A stretch of 64,000 bases of DNA. Source: Eledone cirrhosa. Taxonomy: Eukaryota. The position numbers and the translations under genes were made by a program. The notes beneath the pieces were generated by a model, which saw only the letters and a list, made by a program, of their open reading frames with translations, did not search any database and was not told the origin of the DNA. How positions within the stretch are numbered: the first letter of the stretch is position 1; the number at the start of each line of letters is the position of its first letter. Positions 27,921 through 42,008 of this stretch are shown one piece after another. The stretch lies in the NCBI GenBank assembly GCA_964016885.1, contig OZ024762.1, positions 4,340,001 through 4,404,000 of the forward strand. The letters are read 5' to 3'.

Positions 27921-27956
27921 TCTTTTGATGAAGGACTAGCGACCGAAACGTAAAGA
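27921..27956 (+). ncRNA. Family D hammerhead with mutated core (UUGAUGA)
   Basis: tctt-tTGATGA-aggactagcgacc-GAAA-cg-TA-aaga. Confidence 0.55.
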
Positions 27957-28059
27957 CTCTTTTTTTTACTATATCAAGCGCTAAACTAATATATTTCTTC
28001 ATTGTACTGTACTGTTCGATTTGTTGTTTCTGTTAACTTTTCGCAGTGCCGTGGTGGTG

Positions 28060-28775
28060 GGGCGCACAGACCTCCACAGGACTGAGAAGTTTTCCTATCA
28101 CCGTCTCAAGGGTACCCTCACTTATTTCGTATGTTTGTGTTGTAGTGTAGGAGCAATAGTTATTTTGGATTTCTTTTAGCCACACTGCATCATGGTTGAA
28201 ATTCTTCTTTTCACCCCATATTTTTCTCCAAAAGGAATCTATGTCTTTCTCAGTGACACTTATTATTTTGCCCTTCATATCTCTATAGACTGATGTTTGG
28301 TTTCGTCTGAATCTTTTATTAAGCAATTTTCTTTCATCTGCCTTCTTCAGGTATCGGTGTTTTTCGCTAACAGCTCTCAATTCTAGTTTGAGGGTGATCA
28401 GCTTATATTGAAGAGTTCTGATTCTACTGTTACCAAACATCGTCTCTATTTTATTTTTTACGCTTTGTTGGTGAAGAGTGAAGTTTTTTTTGTGTTTGTT
28501 TGCATGTTTCGCTGTGAAGTGATTTAGCTCTGGATGTATTTCGTCCCAGTGTAGCTTCATTCTATTCATATAGCCAATGGAGGGATTGTTTTTTGCCATT
28601 TTATAGCAATTAAATAAATCATCATTAAGTTCGCAACTTCAAGAGAAATGCGATTTATAATTTCGGTTTCTTCTGTAGCTACAACTGAATAAATTTTGTT
28701 TACCTTTCTCGTTTTTCTTCGGTACTCCACTGATGTTGTTGTTGATATTGTGTTCAGCCATGCTGTTTTTAGCAA
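28060..28775 (-). mobile_element. R4/Dong-like non-LTR retrotransposon ORF relic (region N-terminal to RT)
   Basis: GYMNRMKLHWDEIHPE...LNKRFRRNQTSVYRDM...SFWRKIWGEKKNFNHDAVWLKEI resembles R4/Dong pre-RT motifs; frameshift near 28580; breaks off before the RT core. Confidence 0.7.
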
Positions 28776-29368
28776 ATCCTTGTAAAATGAATTATGTATT
28801 TAGTCGGATATCTCTACGAATTCGAATAAAAGGTGTCTTCAGTGGATATAGTTAGAAGAATAACCAGTTATTCAACTTGACTGGTAGTTGTGGTATTACT
28901 GTCGGAGATAGTATTCATCTTAAATTTAATGAATATACGACTGATCGCGTTGACTGACTATGTATGTATGTATGTATGTATGTATGTATGTATGTATGTA
29001 TGTATGTATGTATGTATGTATGTATGTATGTATGTATGTGTGCGTGCGTGCGTGCGTGCGCGTGCGTGTGTGCGTGCGTGTGTGTGTGTTTCCAATTTCT
29101 TTCGAGTAAACATTTTATTCTAAGTGACCTTTCAATGTTCCACAGAGCAGGCAACACCTGTTGTCTTTTTAAACACGTGCGCCCAAATATACGCCCCCCC
29201 CTCCATTCATATATATATATATATATATGCATGTATTTCTATTTGTCTAGATATGTATATGTATGTGTGTGTGTGTATGTGTGCGTGTGACAGTGTGTGT
29301 GTGTGAAGTTGTGTGTGAGGTTGTGTGTGTGTGTGTATATATACTCCCTCTCTCTCACACACACACAT

Positions 29369-29426
<58 letters not shown>

Positions 29427-29938
29427 TGGTGTCGTCGTTGTATATGTAACAGTATTTCAGACGTTGCTGCCAACATTTGGCACAGCTCCCATCTTAACCA
29501 TATCCTTTCCACTTCCTGACCTTGGACGACATGTCAAGCTTGTCTCACCTCCTCTCTCTCACTCTCACTCTCTCTCTCCTCCTCTCACTTACTCTCACTG
29601 TCACTCACTCTCTCTCACCTCCTCTCACTCACTCTCTCTCATCTCACACACTCTCTCACCCCTCTCTCGCTCACTGTCACACACTCTCTCTCACCTCCTC
29701 TCTCTCACACTCTCTCACCCTCTCTCTCTCACTGTCACACACTCTCTCACCCCTCTCTCTACCCTTTGTTTCCCCCCTCCCTATCGTCTATCTCCCCGTC
29801 ACCACTTCCCGTCTCTCTCCCATCTTCTCTCCCTCCACCTCTGGTTCCCCCTCCACCACTGCCTTCTTTTTAATTATAATTGATTAATCAAATATTTGTT
29901 GTGACGTAGTTAGGGTGACAGGGTGACATTAGAAGAGG

Positions 29939-30085
29939 CAGTGCATTACTGGTACTTTATTTTATCGACCCCGTAAGGATGAAAGGCAAAGTTGACCTCG
30001 GCGGGATTTGAACTCAGAATGGAAAGGGCCGTAACTCTATGCGTCAAAGCATGGCGTCCGACCCTCTACCGATACTGCCATTCCC
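29939..30085 (-). mobile_element. SINE copy
   Basis: Main SINE family. Confidence 0.88.
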
Positions 30086-30471
30086 CTACCATCACACTAC
30101 CATTGACACCACCACCACCACAACCACTATTCCCCCAACATCACACTATCATTGACAACAACAACAAGAACAACACCACCACACCATCACCACCACCACC
30201 ACCACTACCAACAGCCCTCTACCACCACCACCACCACATCACCACCACCACCACCAACAACCCTCCACCACCACCACCACCATCAGTAATCATTGAAGCG
30301 CCATAAAACCTCCCTCAATCTCCATTAAGTGTTTTCAATCCAACAAAGCGATGTTTCTAGTAGCAATACTTGTTAAATCTATAATATCGATACTATTTTA
30401 AATCTACTCCCATCAAATTAACGACGTACCGAAAGATTTTTTAATTGGCATCACTTCCACGCACCTGCCAG

Positions 30472-30518
<47 letters not shown>

Positions 30519-30520
<2 letters not shown>

Positions 30521-30679
30521 CGAAGGTGTGGTAAGGAACCAGATGAACCATAACGCACCAGAGTACTCAATATTTAGGGTAGTAGAGTGGGTAATAGGAA
30601 AATATTTGACCCCGACGGCAGAGCTCAAGCCGTATCGACGGCTAACGGCTTGAGCTCTGTTGTCGGGGTCAAACATTTT

Positions 30680-30683
<4 letters not shown>
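30519..30683 (-). mobile_element. Fold-back insert family B
   Basis: Tail aacgaaggtgtggtaaggaacc...gtgggtaa plus palindrome taggaaaat.tttgaccccgac.gcagagctcaagccgt...acggcttgagctctg..gtcggggtcaaa.attttccta; (TA)n on both sides. Confidence 0.88.
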
Positions 30684-30725
<42 letters not shown>

Positions 30726-30734
<9 letters not shown>

Positions 30735-30965
30735 TATAAGATCAAAAGATGGTTAAAAGAGTTCCATGTATTTTATTATGCGCATTTCAAAAACAAATAT
30801 CATCCCATGATGGTATTTGTTTTTGAAATGCGCATAATAAAATACATGGAACTCTTTTAACCATCTTTTGATCTTATATTATTTATACTCCAGTCCTATA
30901 AACTGTTGAGTGCTACTTATCCGATATTTGCATTGCTTTATTGTGCTATAATAAAACTCACCTCC

Positions 30966-30968
<3 letters not shown>
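30726..30968 (+). mobile_element. Fold-back insert family C (~80-bp arms plus tail)
   Basis: Near-perfect palindrome 30726-30887, tail 30888-30968, (TA)n on both sides; arm nearly identical to 31345-31415. Confidence 0.88.
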
Positions 30969-31012
<44 letters not shown>

Positions 31013-31236
31013 GTGTGTAATGTTGCTGTCAATGTAATGACCTTACAGAAACTGTTCTATAAATATCCAAGTGTCTCAATAAGTCGACCAGAGAACTATC
31101 GTCTGTTTTCTTTGCTTTTTCATATGTTGGCAGCCATTTTAAGAGAAAGTTGTAAAGAAAAACACAAAAACTGAAGAACGACGTCATTGTTGTTAAGACA
31201 AACGGACCGTCATTAAATCTTGACAGAGTAATTAAT

Positions 31237-31345
<109 letters not shown>

Positions 31346-31380
31346 ATGTAAGATTAAAAGATGGTTAAAAGAGTTCCAAG

Positions 31381-31451
31381 TATTTTATTATGCGCATTTC
31401 AAAAACAAATATCATCATGAGATGATATCTTCGTTTTCATCAGATAAAATA
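31381..31451 (-). ncRNA. Type I hammerhead ribozyme (family C)
   Basis: Minus strand: tattttat-CTGATGA-aaacgaa gatatcatc tcat gatgatatt tgttttt-GAAA-tgcgca-TA-ataaaata; 8-bp stem I, palindromic loop III. Confidence 0.85.
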
Positions 31452-31614
31452 GGGATACATGATATGAAGGTTAAAAAACACTTGTGAATAGTGAAATTTT
31501 AAGGGCCCACTTGCATGTATGTCTATGGACTATATGCAAGCTTCTACGTAACCTGGATATTATTTTCCCAACTTGTAGAAAACTTATAACGAAACGATCG
31601 GATGGAATAGAGAT

Positions 31615-31787
31615 GTATTTAATTATATCTCATATAAAATAATACAGCCGGCATTCCACGAAATACAATATAGTTAGCCCCCAAACATATAATTGGGATT
31701 ATACTCAGGTATATCCTAATGTTTTTTGAGTGAGATGGATGTCGGTCGGAGTATTGCTTAAAGCTTTCTCTGTTAATGTATTAAGTA
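31615..31787 (+). mobile_element. Dispersed repeat ending in (TA)n, second copy 38210-38382
   Basis: ttaattatatctcata...ccccaaaca...cctaatgttt.ttgagtgagatgg...tctctgtta.tgtattaa shared between the two sites. Confidence 0.75.
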
Positions 31788-32301
31788 TATATACATATAC
31801 ATATATATATATATATAAAGTATATATACATATACATTCGTCTTATTCTGACGTCACCAGCCATGTTTCTCCATTTTGTGTTTATTTTCAAAATTCCGCA
31901 CGAGGTGAACTAGCCTGCTTTTAAATTCCCTTTCTGGCCTATTTTGGCAGTAGACCTTAGCGTTATCGTGTTGGGCTCTACTGAGGAACGATTCCAACCG
32001 TGACTAATCCCACTGAAAAGTTTCGTGAAATAGTCTTTTTAAGACTATATAGAGCATTTGTAATTTTTCCAAATTGAAGGATGAGTATTTAAACTTTATT
32101 TAATTCTGAGTTAAGACTCTATTGGTTTTTTCCATGGATTTCAGAAAATCTGTGGATAAAATCTCTGTCTTGATTTTTAAAAAATTGAGTTTGAATTATT
32201 TTCCCATATCTTACGTTAATTATTTTCCATTTTGACGTAATAGTCACTTATATATTATGAATTACTGTTGGCTTCTTGCTCACATTAATTTCTCTATTTT
32301 C

Positions 32302-32307
<6 letters not shown>

Positions 32308-32349
<42 letters not shown>

Positions 32350-32414
32350 GTATATATATATGTATATATATATATATATATATGTGTATATATATATATA
32401 TATATATGTGTATA

Positions 32415-32459
<45 letters not shown>

Positions 32460-32470
32460 ATATATATATG

Positions 32471-32505
<35 letters not shown>

Positions 32506-32506
32506 G

Positions 32507-32539
<33 letters not shown>

Positions 32540-32540
32540 G

Positions 32541-32595
<55 letters not shown>

Positions 32596-32624
32596 GTATA
32601 TATATATATATGTATATATATATG

Positions 32625-32716
<92 letters not shown>

Positions 32717-32859
32717 TATACATATATATACTTACATACACATATATATACATATATATACTTACATACACATATATATACATACATATACTTACATACA
32801 CACACATATATATATATACATATATATATATACATACATATACTTACATACACACACAG

Positions 32860-32892
<33 letters not shown>

Positions 32893-33006
32893 CATACATA
32901 TACTTACATACACACAGATATATATATATATACACATATATATACTTACATACACACAGATATATATATATATACACATATATATACTTACATACACACG
33001 CACACA

Positions 33007-33076
<70 letters not shown>

Positions 33077-33170
33077 AACTAATTTATTTATATATGCATG
33101 AATGCATTTAAATTGATGACCGTTAGTTCACCTCACAAGAGCGAAAAAGAATTCTATATATATTTAAATA

Positions 33171-33267
<97 letters not shown>

Positions 33268-33430
33268 GTAGTTATGCATATGTATGTATATATGCATAAT
33301 ATGCATGTATATGTGTGTGAGTGTGTGTAAGTATATATATATATATATATAAGCATATATATATATATATGCTTGCATATATATATAAGCATATATATAT
33401 ATAAGCATATATATATATATAAGCATATAT
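32308..33430. repeat. Long compound (TA)n/(CA)n microsatellite
   Basis: Directly visible. Confidence 0.95.
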
Positions 33431-33777
33431 ATAAAACATATCTAATCAAAGAAAAACAAAGGAGTCATTGCAATAAGAGGTGGAGTAGGGGAAATTGCTG
33501 CCATTGTTGGTAGAGCCTTCTTCCGATAAAAGGGCAAATGTATATTGTGTTGCTGCATTCTTCGGTAGATATGTCAAGATTATATATATATATATATATA
33601 CACACACACGCGCATGCGCACACACACACACACACACATTGCTTAGAAGGCACTCCTCCGTTTGTAGTAACCACGACAACAATATGTTGCGACATCAGAT
33701 CAGTATCGTATAGTTATCTGCAGCTGCAAGGAAAACACTTTCAAAACATATTCGAAAATTGTGAGATAAAGGAGGGA

Positions 33778-34550
33778 CTAGCGCAGGCGCACCAGTTGTT
33801 GGGTTGTAGAGACTAGGGTAGGTGCACCGGTTGTTGTTGGGTTGTAGAGATAGCGCAGGCGCACCAGTTGTTGTTGGGTTGTAGAGATAGCGCAGGCGCA
33901 CCTGTTGTTGTTGGGTTGTAGAGATAGCGCAGGCGCACCAGTTGTTGTTGGGTTGTAGAGATAGCGCAGGCGCACCAGTTGTTGTTGGGTTGTAGAGACT
34001 AGCGCAGGCGCACCAGTTGTTGTTGGGTTGTAGAGATAGCGCAGGCGCACCTGTTGTTGTTGGGTTGTAGAGATAGCGCAGGCGCACCAGTTGTTGTTGG
34101 GTTGTAGAGATAGCGCAGGCGCACCTGTTGTTGTTGGGTTGTAGAAACTAGCGCAGGCGCACCTGTTGTTGTTGGGTTGTAGAAACTAGCGCAGGCGCAC
34201 CAGTTGTTGTTGGGTTGTAGAAACTAGCGCAGGCGCACCTGTTGTTGTTGGGTTGTAGAAACTAGCGCAGGCGCACCTGTTGTTGTTGGGTTGTAGAAAC
34301 TAGCGCAGGCGCACCTGTTGTTGTTGGGTTGTAGAGATAGCGCAGGCGCACCAGTTGTTGTTGGGTTGTAGAAACTAGCGCAGGCGCACCTGTTGTTGTT
34401 GGGTTGTAGAGACTAGCGCAGGCGCACCTGTTGTTGTTGGGTTGTAGAGATAGCGCAGGCGCACCTGTTGTTGTTGGGTTGTAGAGATAGCGCAGGCGCA
34501 CCTGTTGTTGGGTTGTAGAGACTAGGGTAGGTGCACCGGTTGCTGTTGGG
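33778..34550. repeat. 37-bp minisatellite, ~21 copies
   Basis: Unit tagcgcaggcgcacc(a/t)gttgttgttgggttgtaga(ga/aac). Confidence 0.96.
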
Positions 34551-34899
34551 TAAAAACCTTTGTTTGATTTGCAGTTACGTGGTTCTGAGTTTAATCTCAC
34601 TACAATGTACTGTGTGCAAGTTTGACGTTTACTACAGCCATGGTTGAATTTGGTAGTCAGAAATTTCAAAAGTTTGTCCTCTGTACAGACACGCACACAC
34701 ATACATACACACACATGAGTCCCTCTTTTTTTTTTATTCTCTTCTAATTTCTAAACCTCACCTTTCTCTTTTCTACTACTCCCTATGAAGGACTGACTTC
34801 CGATACGTGGAACTTTTCTTCTGTTTCAAACTTGAAACCTATAAGACTACATGTTATTGTCCTCTGTGTTTTGCTATTTTTGGGACACACACGCACGCG

Positions 34900-34994
<95 letters not shown>

Positions 34995-35273
34995 CTAGCA
35001 GAATGGCCTGGCGTTGCTCGGGATTCTAAACATAGATTGGCATGTTTATCTCTCCTTTCTGAAACAGTTTCGTCGCATGTTCACCAATTGATGCAGAATT
35101 CCTAATAAAAAGTGAAGTTGCCTTAGGTGAATAGGCAAATAATTTTCCATAGGCTTGTAATTGCGTTGCCTCTCTTTTTTATTGTTTGTTTTGCTGCTGT
35201 CGAGCCTCGTGAAATAAATACGTTTGTTTATGTTTTGTTATTGTGTATGAAAAAATATCTGTACACGAATATA

Positions 35274-35341
<68 letters not shown>

Positions 35342-35805
35342 TAACATTAAAGTTTAAGCAAAAAAATCGCTGCTTTTACCCTTAACGCGATCTTCTGAAA
35401 CTAAAAAAAAATCAATCTGTGAACGCAGAAGTAAACATTTCGAAAAACGTTACACACTATATATATATACACACACACACACACTATATATATACATATA
35501 TACACACACACACAGATAGTGTCATAATGTCGTAATGCAGACAGCCAGACATACAGACATATTATAATGGCGCGACGTTATAACTATGTATCTATCTAAA
35601 AAGAAAAACTAAGAAAGACAGAGAGAGAGATCGCTAAATCGTCTAATGCAGTCCCTAGGACATTGACAATTTAAAATATGTTTTGCTCAGAACACTGACA
35701 TGACCATAAGTATTACATGTGTAAAGTTTGAAAAAAATCGGTTGGGTGGTTGTCGAGTTTTAGGGAGTCAGACAGACAGACAGACAAATAGACATTTTCT
35801 GTTTT

Positions 35806-35809
<4 letters not shown>
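34995..35809 (-). mobile_element. Near-complete non-autonomous Helitron
   Basis: CTAG plus hairpin cctggcgttgctcggg at the low end; (gaca)n...ttttagata at the high end; homologous to 14871-15437. Confidence 0.78.
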
Positions 35810-35892
<83 letters not shown>

Positions 35893-36189
35893 TGTTTATT
35901 TGTTTTGACAATACGTGTTCGATAACTTAGTACCAAGATTAAAAAAATAAGTACACTGGTCGATATGTTCGACTAATAACTTTTTAAGATGAGTACTCCA
36001 GCTTGGCCACAGTTCTAATGACAAACTATTAAATGAGTGAAAGAATGTTAGATAAGATGCATTCACTTGAAAATGGATCAAAGTTCTGCCACCTTCGTGC
36101 AACAAATAAATTCCACATCACGTGCCATCTTGTGTCAATCTCAAATAAAAAAAAAACAATGAACTAATTGCAACTTGCTGACACAAGTC

Positions 36190-36335
36190 CAAACAAGAAA
36201 ATCAGCAAGCAACCCGCTCGAGGAAGCCCCGTGAGGTGGAGTGGTTGTTGTAGCCGTTGTTGCTGGCCATTCTAAACGACAATACCTTTGCCAGTTTATC
36301 TGGGAAATAGAGCCTGCTACCCCCACCCCTCTTAC
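36190..36335 (+). mobile_element. CRE-like 3' relic, second copy
   Basis: KPREVEWLL*PLLLAILNDNTFA; DNA similar to the reverse complement of 23725-23870. Confidence 0.5.
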
Positions 36336-37224
36336 TTTCTTTCGTTGCTTAATTCCCTTCTTTCTTTCCTCTCTCTTTGTTTCGTCATTGCCCTGTATAT
36401 TCTACAGCTTTGTTTTTACTGCTGCATATTTTCTATTGTATCTACTTACAACAAAGTAATAATCGGTGTTGATGTTGTGGCTAAATAGAAAAAACATTTA
36501 AACCATCCATATCCGGCCAAAATTCGCTCACCTCTTTCTGTTCAAACCGGCTGTAACCGACCGGTCAAACTCACGTTAAGGTATTGTTCTGAAAATGAAT
36601 AATATCAAAACCTCATAGATTCGATATTATGTAAGTAAAGCCTTTACCGTGAAAATACAATAGTAAATATAGAGTAATGTAAATGTTATGTGAGATATTG
36701 TGTGAAGTAAAGCCTTTACCGTGAAAATACAATAGTAAATATAGAGTAAAGTAAATACTAAAGGGTTATAACACTATGAAGGAAACACCACACAGAGTCC
36801 AAAATCTAAATTATTTCTTGATAATTTTAAAAAGACACACCACATGTGCCTGACTTGAGGACAAGTGGCGACGCATATCGGTTTTACATCGCTGAAAGAG
36901 TATTGTTCTTAACCTGAAGAGTAGCGTCCTCTTGGTGGTTCTGTGAGGTCATAAAGGGTGGGTTAGGGGTCAGTAAATGTGAAGGAGGGTTGTCGGTTAC
37001 ACGATGTCTGAGCTAGGTTACAACAACTACATGCTAAACATGCCCCGAGGAAATATTTGTCGGGATTACGAAACAGGTAGGGGTGTATCTAAAAAAGAAA
37101 CCTGATGAATGGGATGATATAAGAAAATGGGGTTAACAAACAATTGCGCACAACTGTTTGAATAAACTACAAAACATGTCTTGGGGTTATATGCACATGT
37201 AAACATGTACACACACATACACAC

Positions 37225-37256
<32 letters not shown>

Positions 37257-37443
37257 CGATATTAACAAATGGAAACTATATTTATAAAACCATATTTATT
37301 TCATTATACATATTTCAAGGACACCAAGTTAAATTATGGTGTGCTTTCATCAGACAAAATATAATATAGATCAGTTTTATAAATAAATATTGACATACCC
37401 TTAAAAAATTCAACCATTACTGTTGCATTTTTTAAGGGTATGT

Positions 37444-37448
<5 letters not shown>
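37257..37448 (-). mobile_element. Family A insert with hammerhead at 37298-37360
   Basis: Minus strand: attttgt-CTGATGA-aagc acacca..tggtgt cctt-GAAA-tatgta-TA-atgaaat; short terminal fold-back; (TA)n on both sides. Confidence 0.85.
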
Positions 37449-37499
<51 letters not shown>

Positions 37500-37616
37500 C
37501 CTATTGAATAACATTATGTAGAGAGTATATCAATATTTAGTGTACAATCACTTTCTATTATATCCAAACCATGTAAATTTCCCTTTTTCAAAAGTAATAC
37601 GATGTATTTATACACG

Positions 37617-37669
<53 letters not shown>

Positions 37670-37753
37670 CGGAAACTAAACACACAATCACTCCCTAAAA
37701 GACATACATTTTCTCAGATGTCACATAAGTTGAAACACACAGAGGCACACACA

Positions 37754-37806
<53 letters not shown>

Positions 37807-38126
37807 GCTGGTGTTAATTGTAGTGGACAAAGCTACTCTGTGCAACTGTGGAATGTGTAATATTGTACGTTGTGGAATAACAATATAATGGTTTGTATAA
37901 ACGAGAGGGAATAAGAGAAGGTTTGTATTCTTTGGAATAATAATGACAGGGAATAAAAGAGAATAAACGATCAAGAATAACAATAGAACTGAATGAGAAG
38001 ACATGAATAGCAATGACCTAGTTAGGTTATAAAGAGATTTATGTACAATCAGATAGAATGATAGATATATATATAGATACGGCCCCGTGTGACAGAAAAC
38101 CAATCACTATCTCCCCCATCTCCTTA

Positions 38127-38212
<86 letters not shown>

Positions 38213-38378
38213 AACTTTAATTATATCTCATAAAATAATACAACTGGCTTTCCACAAAATACATATAATTAGCACCCCAAACACTTAAATTGGGTTTATA
38301 CTAACATATAACCTAATGTTTGTTGAGTGAGATGGTTACCAGTCAGAGTTTAGCTTTAAGCTATCTCTGTTATTGTAT

Positions 38379-38420
<42 letters not shown>

Positions 38421-38424
<4 letters not shown>

Positions 38425-38597
38425 TGTGCTGTGACGGCGATGAATTTGCTTTGCAAGGTATTTTTTTATATGAAATCACGTGTTGAAAAAAATATTGTTA
38501 TATTTGGGGAGGGTCATGTTGCCAGAAATATATAGTAAAACACAGTGAGTGTGAATCAATATATGACCACCTGGCAACATAAGCCTCTTCAAATATT

Positions 38598-38602
<5 letters not shown>
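38421..38602 (-). mobile_element. Diverged fold-back insert related to 53933-54497
   Basis: gaaatcacgtgttgaaa...atattgttatatttgggagggtcatgttgccag ... ctggcaacat...caaatattacaatat; (TA)n on both sides. Confidence 0.75.
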
Positions 38603-38663
<61 letters not shown>

Positions 38664-38710
38664 GTAAATACAAAAACTAAAATCCAGAGAGGACTCAATA
38701 AAAGTAATAT

Positions 38711-38753
<43 letters not shown>

Positions 38754-38772
38754 ATAACAAACACAAAGCAAT

Positions 38773-38833
<61 letters not shown>

Positions 38834-39395
38834 CACGCAACAATACATATAAAACTGTAGAGCAAATATTTATAATTTTAACAGATTTATGGTTTAAGCA
38901 AACAATTTCTATTTTCACCCTTTTTCGGGATCCTGGGAAGAACCCGACAATAGAAAACTGGAAACATTACTACAGACTGTACATGGATTTAGAAGTGAAA
39001 CTGGTGTCAAAGTTGAATTAGAAAAAATACACCAAGGCCACTCATAAGATTAGTCAAAAACATAAATGTCCCGCTAGATAAAGAAACTGAAATAAGAGAT
39101 TTAGATGAAACCCTGACACACAAGTAAAAATCAATGAACTATCTCTCTACCTACCTACCTACCTACCTCTATCTCTCTAAAAAAAAGAAGAAAGATATCT
39201 ATCTATCTGTCTATGCCAACTGCTGGGTCGCTTATCTGTCTTTACACGTGTCCTCCAAAGGTCTCTGCATGTCGTCAGCGTTCTGTGCTCACTTAGCCAA
39301 CTGCTGAGTCACGAACCACTAAATTCATAAATCCCACGGACCATTATAATGAATTTTTTTAAAAAGATAAATACATTTGTAAAATCATTTTTTTT

Positions 39396-39577
39396 TTTCT
39401 ACTTTAGGCACAAGGCCAGCAATTACCCAGTACATTACTGGTACTTTATTTTATCGACCCCGTAAGGATGAAAGGCAAAGTTAACCTCGGCCGGATTTGA
39501 ACTCAGATCATAAAGGGACGTAACTATGCTGGAAAGCATGTCCGACCCTCTACCGATACTGCCAATTCACCACCCTA
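39396..39577 (-). mobile_element. Full-length SINE
   Basis: Main SINE family; flanked by tacatttgtaaaat on both sides (possible target-site duplication). Confidence 0.9.
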
Positions 39578-40052
39578 CATTTGTAAAATAATGACCACAA
39601 ATCTTCCATTTTATATGAAATGCACCTTTTAAATATAACAAAATTATAAATGAGAATCGGTATTAGCGGAGCGGGGTGTCTGTTGTAATGGTTGAAACAA
39701 TACTGAAGCGTACGTGTGTCATATTGTCAATAGATGACACACATGTGTAGCATTCATTCATGGATGTTAGTTCTTTACTGAAGAGAAACACGTTTTAGGG
39801 GTGTTATAAAATATATTTTAACTAAATATTAGTTTTGTTTTACTATTATTAAAACCTTCCTCAGTCGACGTCATCACCCCTTCCTTCCTCAGTCGACGTC
39901 ATCACCCCTTCCTTCCACAGTCAGCGTCATTACCCCTTCCTTCCACAGTCAGCGTCATTACCCCTTCCTTCCTCCTCAATCATTTGTAGTGTGTGACAGA
40001 CAAACACACAAGCCTGTTATATGAGTAGACAACGCCCCAACCATCATTATCA

Positions 40053-40153
40053 TGAGGTTAACTTTGCCCTTCATCCTTACGGGGTCGATAGAATAAAGTA
40101 CCAGTAATACACTGGGATAATTGCTGGCCTTGTGCCAAAAGTAGAAACAATTA
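40053..40153 (+). mobile_element. SINE 3' half
   Basis: Main SINE family. Confidence 0.88.
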
Positions 40154-40217
40154 TCATTATTAGTACCGCTACTACAACTTCATCTACTTGATAAACTACA
40201 CTGCTGCTATGCCAAAT

Positions 40218-42008
40218 TACCACCACCACCACTACCACTACTACTACTACCCCCACCCCACACCCACCACTACCACCACCACTAATACTACCACTATTAC
40301 TACCATCACCACCACCACTACTACCCCCACCCCACCCCCACCACTACTACTACCACACCCACCGCCACCACTACCACCACCACACTACTACTACCAAACC
40401 CACCACCACCACTACCACCACCACTAATACTACCACTATTACTACCATCACCACCACCACTACTACCACACCCACCACTACCACTACTACTACCACACCC
40501 ACCACCACCACTACCACCACCACACTACTACTACCATACCCACCACCACTACTACCACCACCACTAATACTACCACTATTACTACCATCACCACCACCAC
40601 TACTATCACACCCACCACTAGCACTACCACCATCACACCCACCACCACCACACTACTACTACCACACCCACCACCACCACCACCACCACTAGGTATACTT
40701 GGAACAGTGATAAACCAGGTAATAATCTGTTATGCCAGGAGTTGCGTGATATTGATGACGATATATATCGATTAGTTACGTCAGTTTTGCAGCATTAATT
40801 TCTGCTGCTGCTGTTGTTGTTGTTGCTGCTGCTACTGTTGCTGCTGCTGTTGTTGCTACTGTTGCTGCTGTTGTTGCTACTGCTGCTGTTGTTGTTGTTG
40901 CTACTGTTGCTGTTGTTGTTACTGTTGCTGTTACTGTTGCTACTGTTGTTGTTACTATTGCAGTAGTTGTTATTGCTGTTGCAGCTACTGCTGCAGTAAT
41001 TACGATTGCTGCTGCACTTAATGTTGCTGCAACTGTTATAATGTTGCTGTTATTACTACTGCTGCTGTTACTGCTGCTGTTACTGCTGTCATTGCTGCTG
41101 CTGTTACTGCTTCTGTTACTGCTGCTGTACTACTGCTGTTACTGCTGCTGTTACTGCTTCTGTTACTGCTGCTGTACTACTGTCATTGCTGCTGCTGCTG
41201 TTGTTACTGCTGCTTTACTACTGTCATTGCTGCTGCTGTTACTGCTGCTGTACTACTGTCATTGCTGCTGCTGCTGTTACTGCTGCTGTACTACTGTCAT
41301 TGCTGCTGCTGCTGTACTACTGTCATTGCTGCTGCTGTTGCTGTGCTGCTGCTGTACTACTGTCATTGCTGCTGCTGCTGTGCTGCTGTTACTGCTGCTG
41401 CTGCTGTGCTGCTGCTGTGCTACTGTCATTGCTGCTGCTGCTGTGCTGCTGTTACTGCTGCTGCTGCTGCTGTTACTGCTGCTGTACTACTGTCATTGCT
41501 GCTGCTGCTGTTACTGTATTTACTGTTGTTGTTGTTGTTGTAGTCACATGCTGATCTTGCAGGAATCACTGATCAAGTGGTTGTTCGATCAAGACAGACC
41601 TAAGGCAACGAAACAACCACCACCGCCACACCACCACCACCACCACCACCACAACACACCACCACCACCACCACCACCGCCACACCACCACCACCACCAC
41701 CACCACCACAACACACCACCACCACCACCACCGCCACACCACCACCACCACAACACACCACCACCACCACCACCACCACCGCCACACCACCACCATACCA
41801 CCACCACCACAACACACACCACCGTCACACCACCACCACACACACCACCACCAACAATACCACTGCCGACATCACAACCACCACCACCACCACCACTAAA
41901 ACACCATCACCACCATCATCATTTACAACATCCCCACCATCAACACCACCACCACCAACAACAACAGCACAACACCACCACCACCGCCACCACCAACAAC
42001 AACAAAAC
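40218..42008. repeat. Trinucleotide low-complexity blocks (CAC/TAC, CTG/TTG)
   Basis: Directly visible, interrupted by short unique islands at 40690-40800 and 41545-41612. Confidence 0.9.

Noticed and set aside
41545-41612. Minus-strand exon after acceptor-like ttgccttag
   Set aside because: All three frames hit a stop within ~40 nt.
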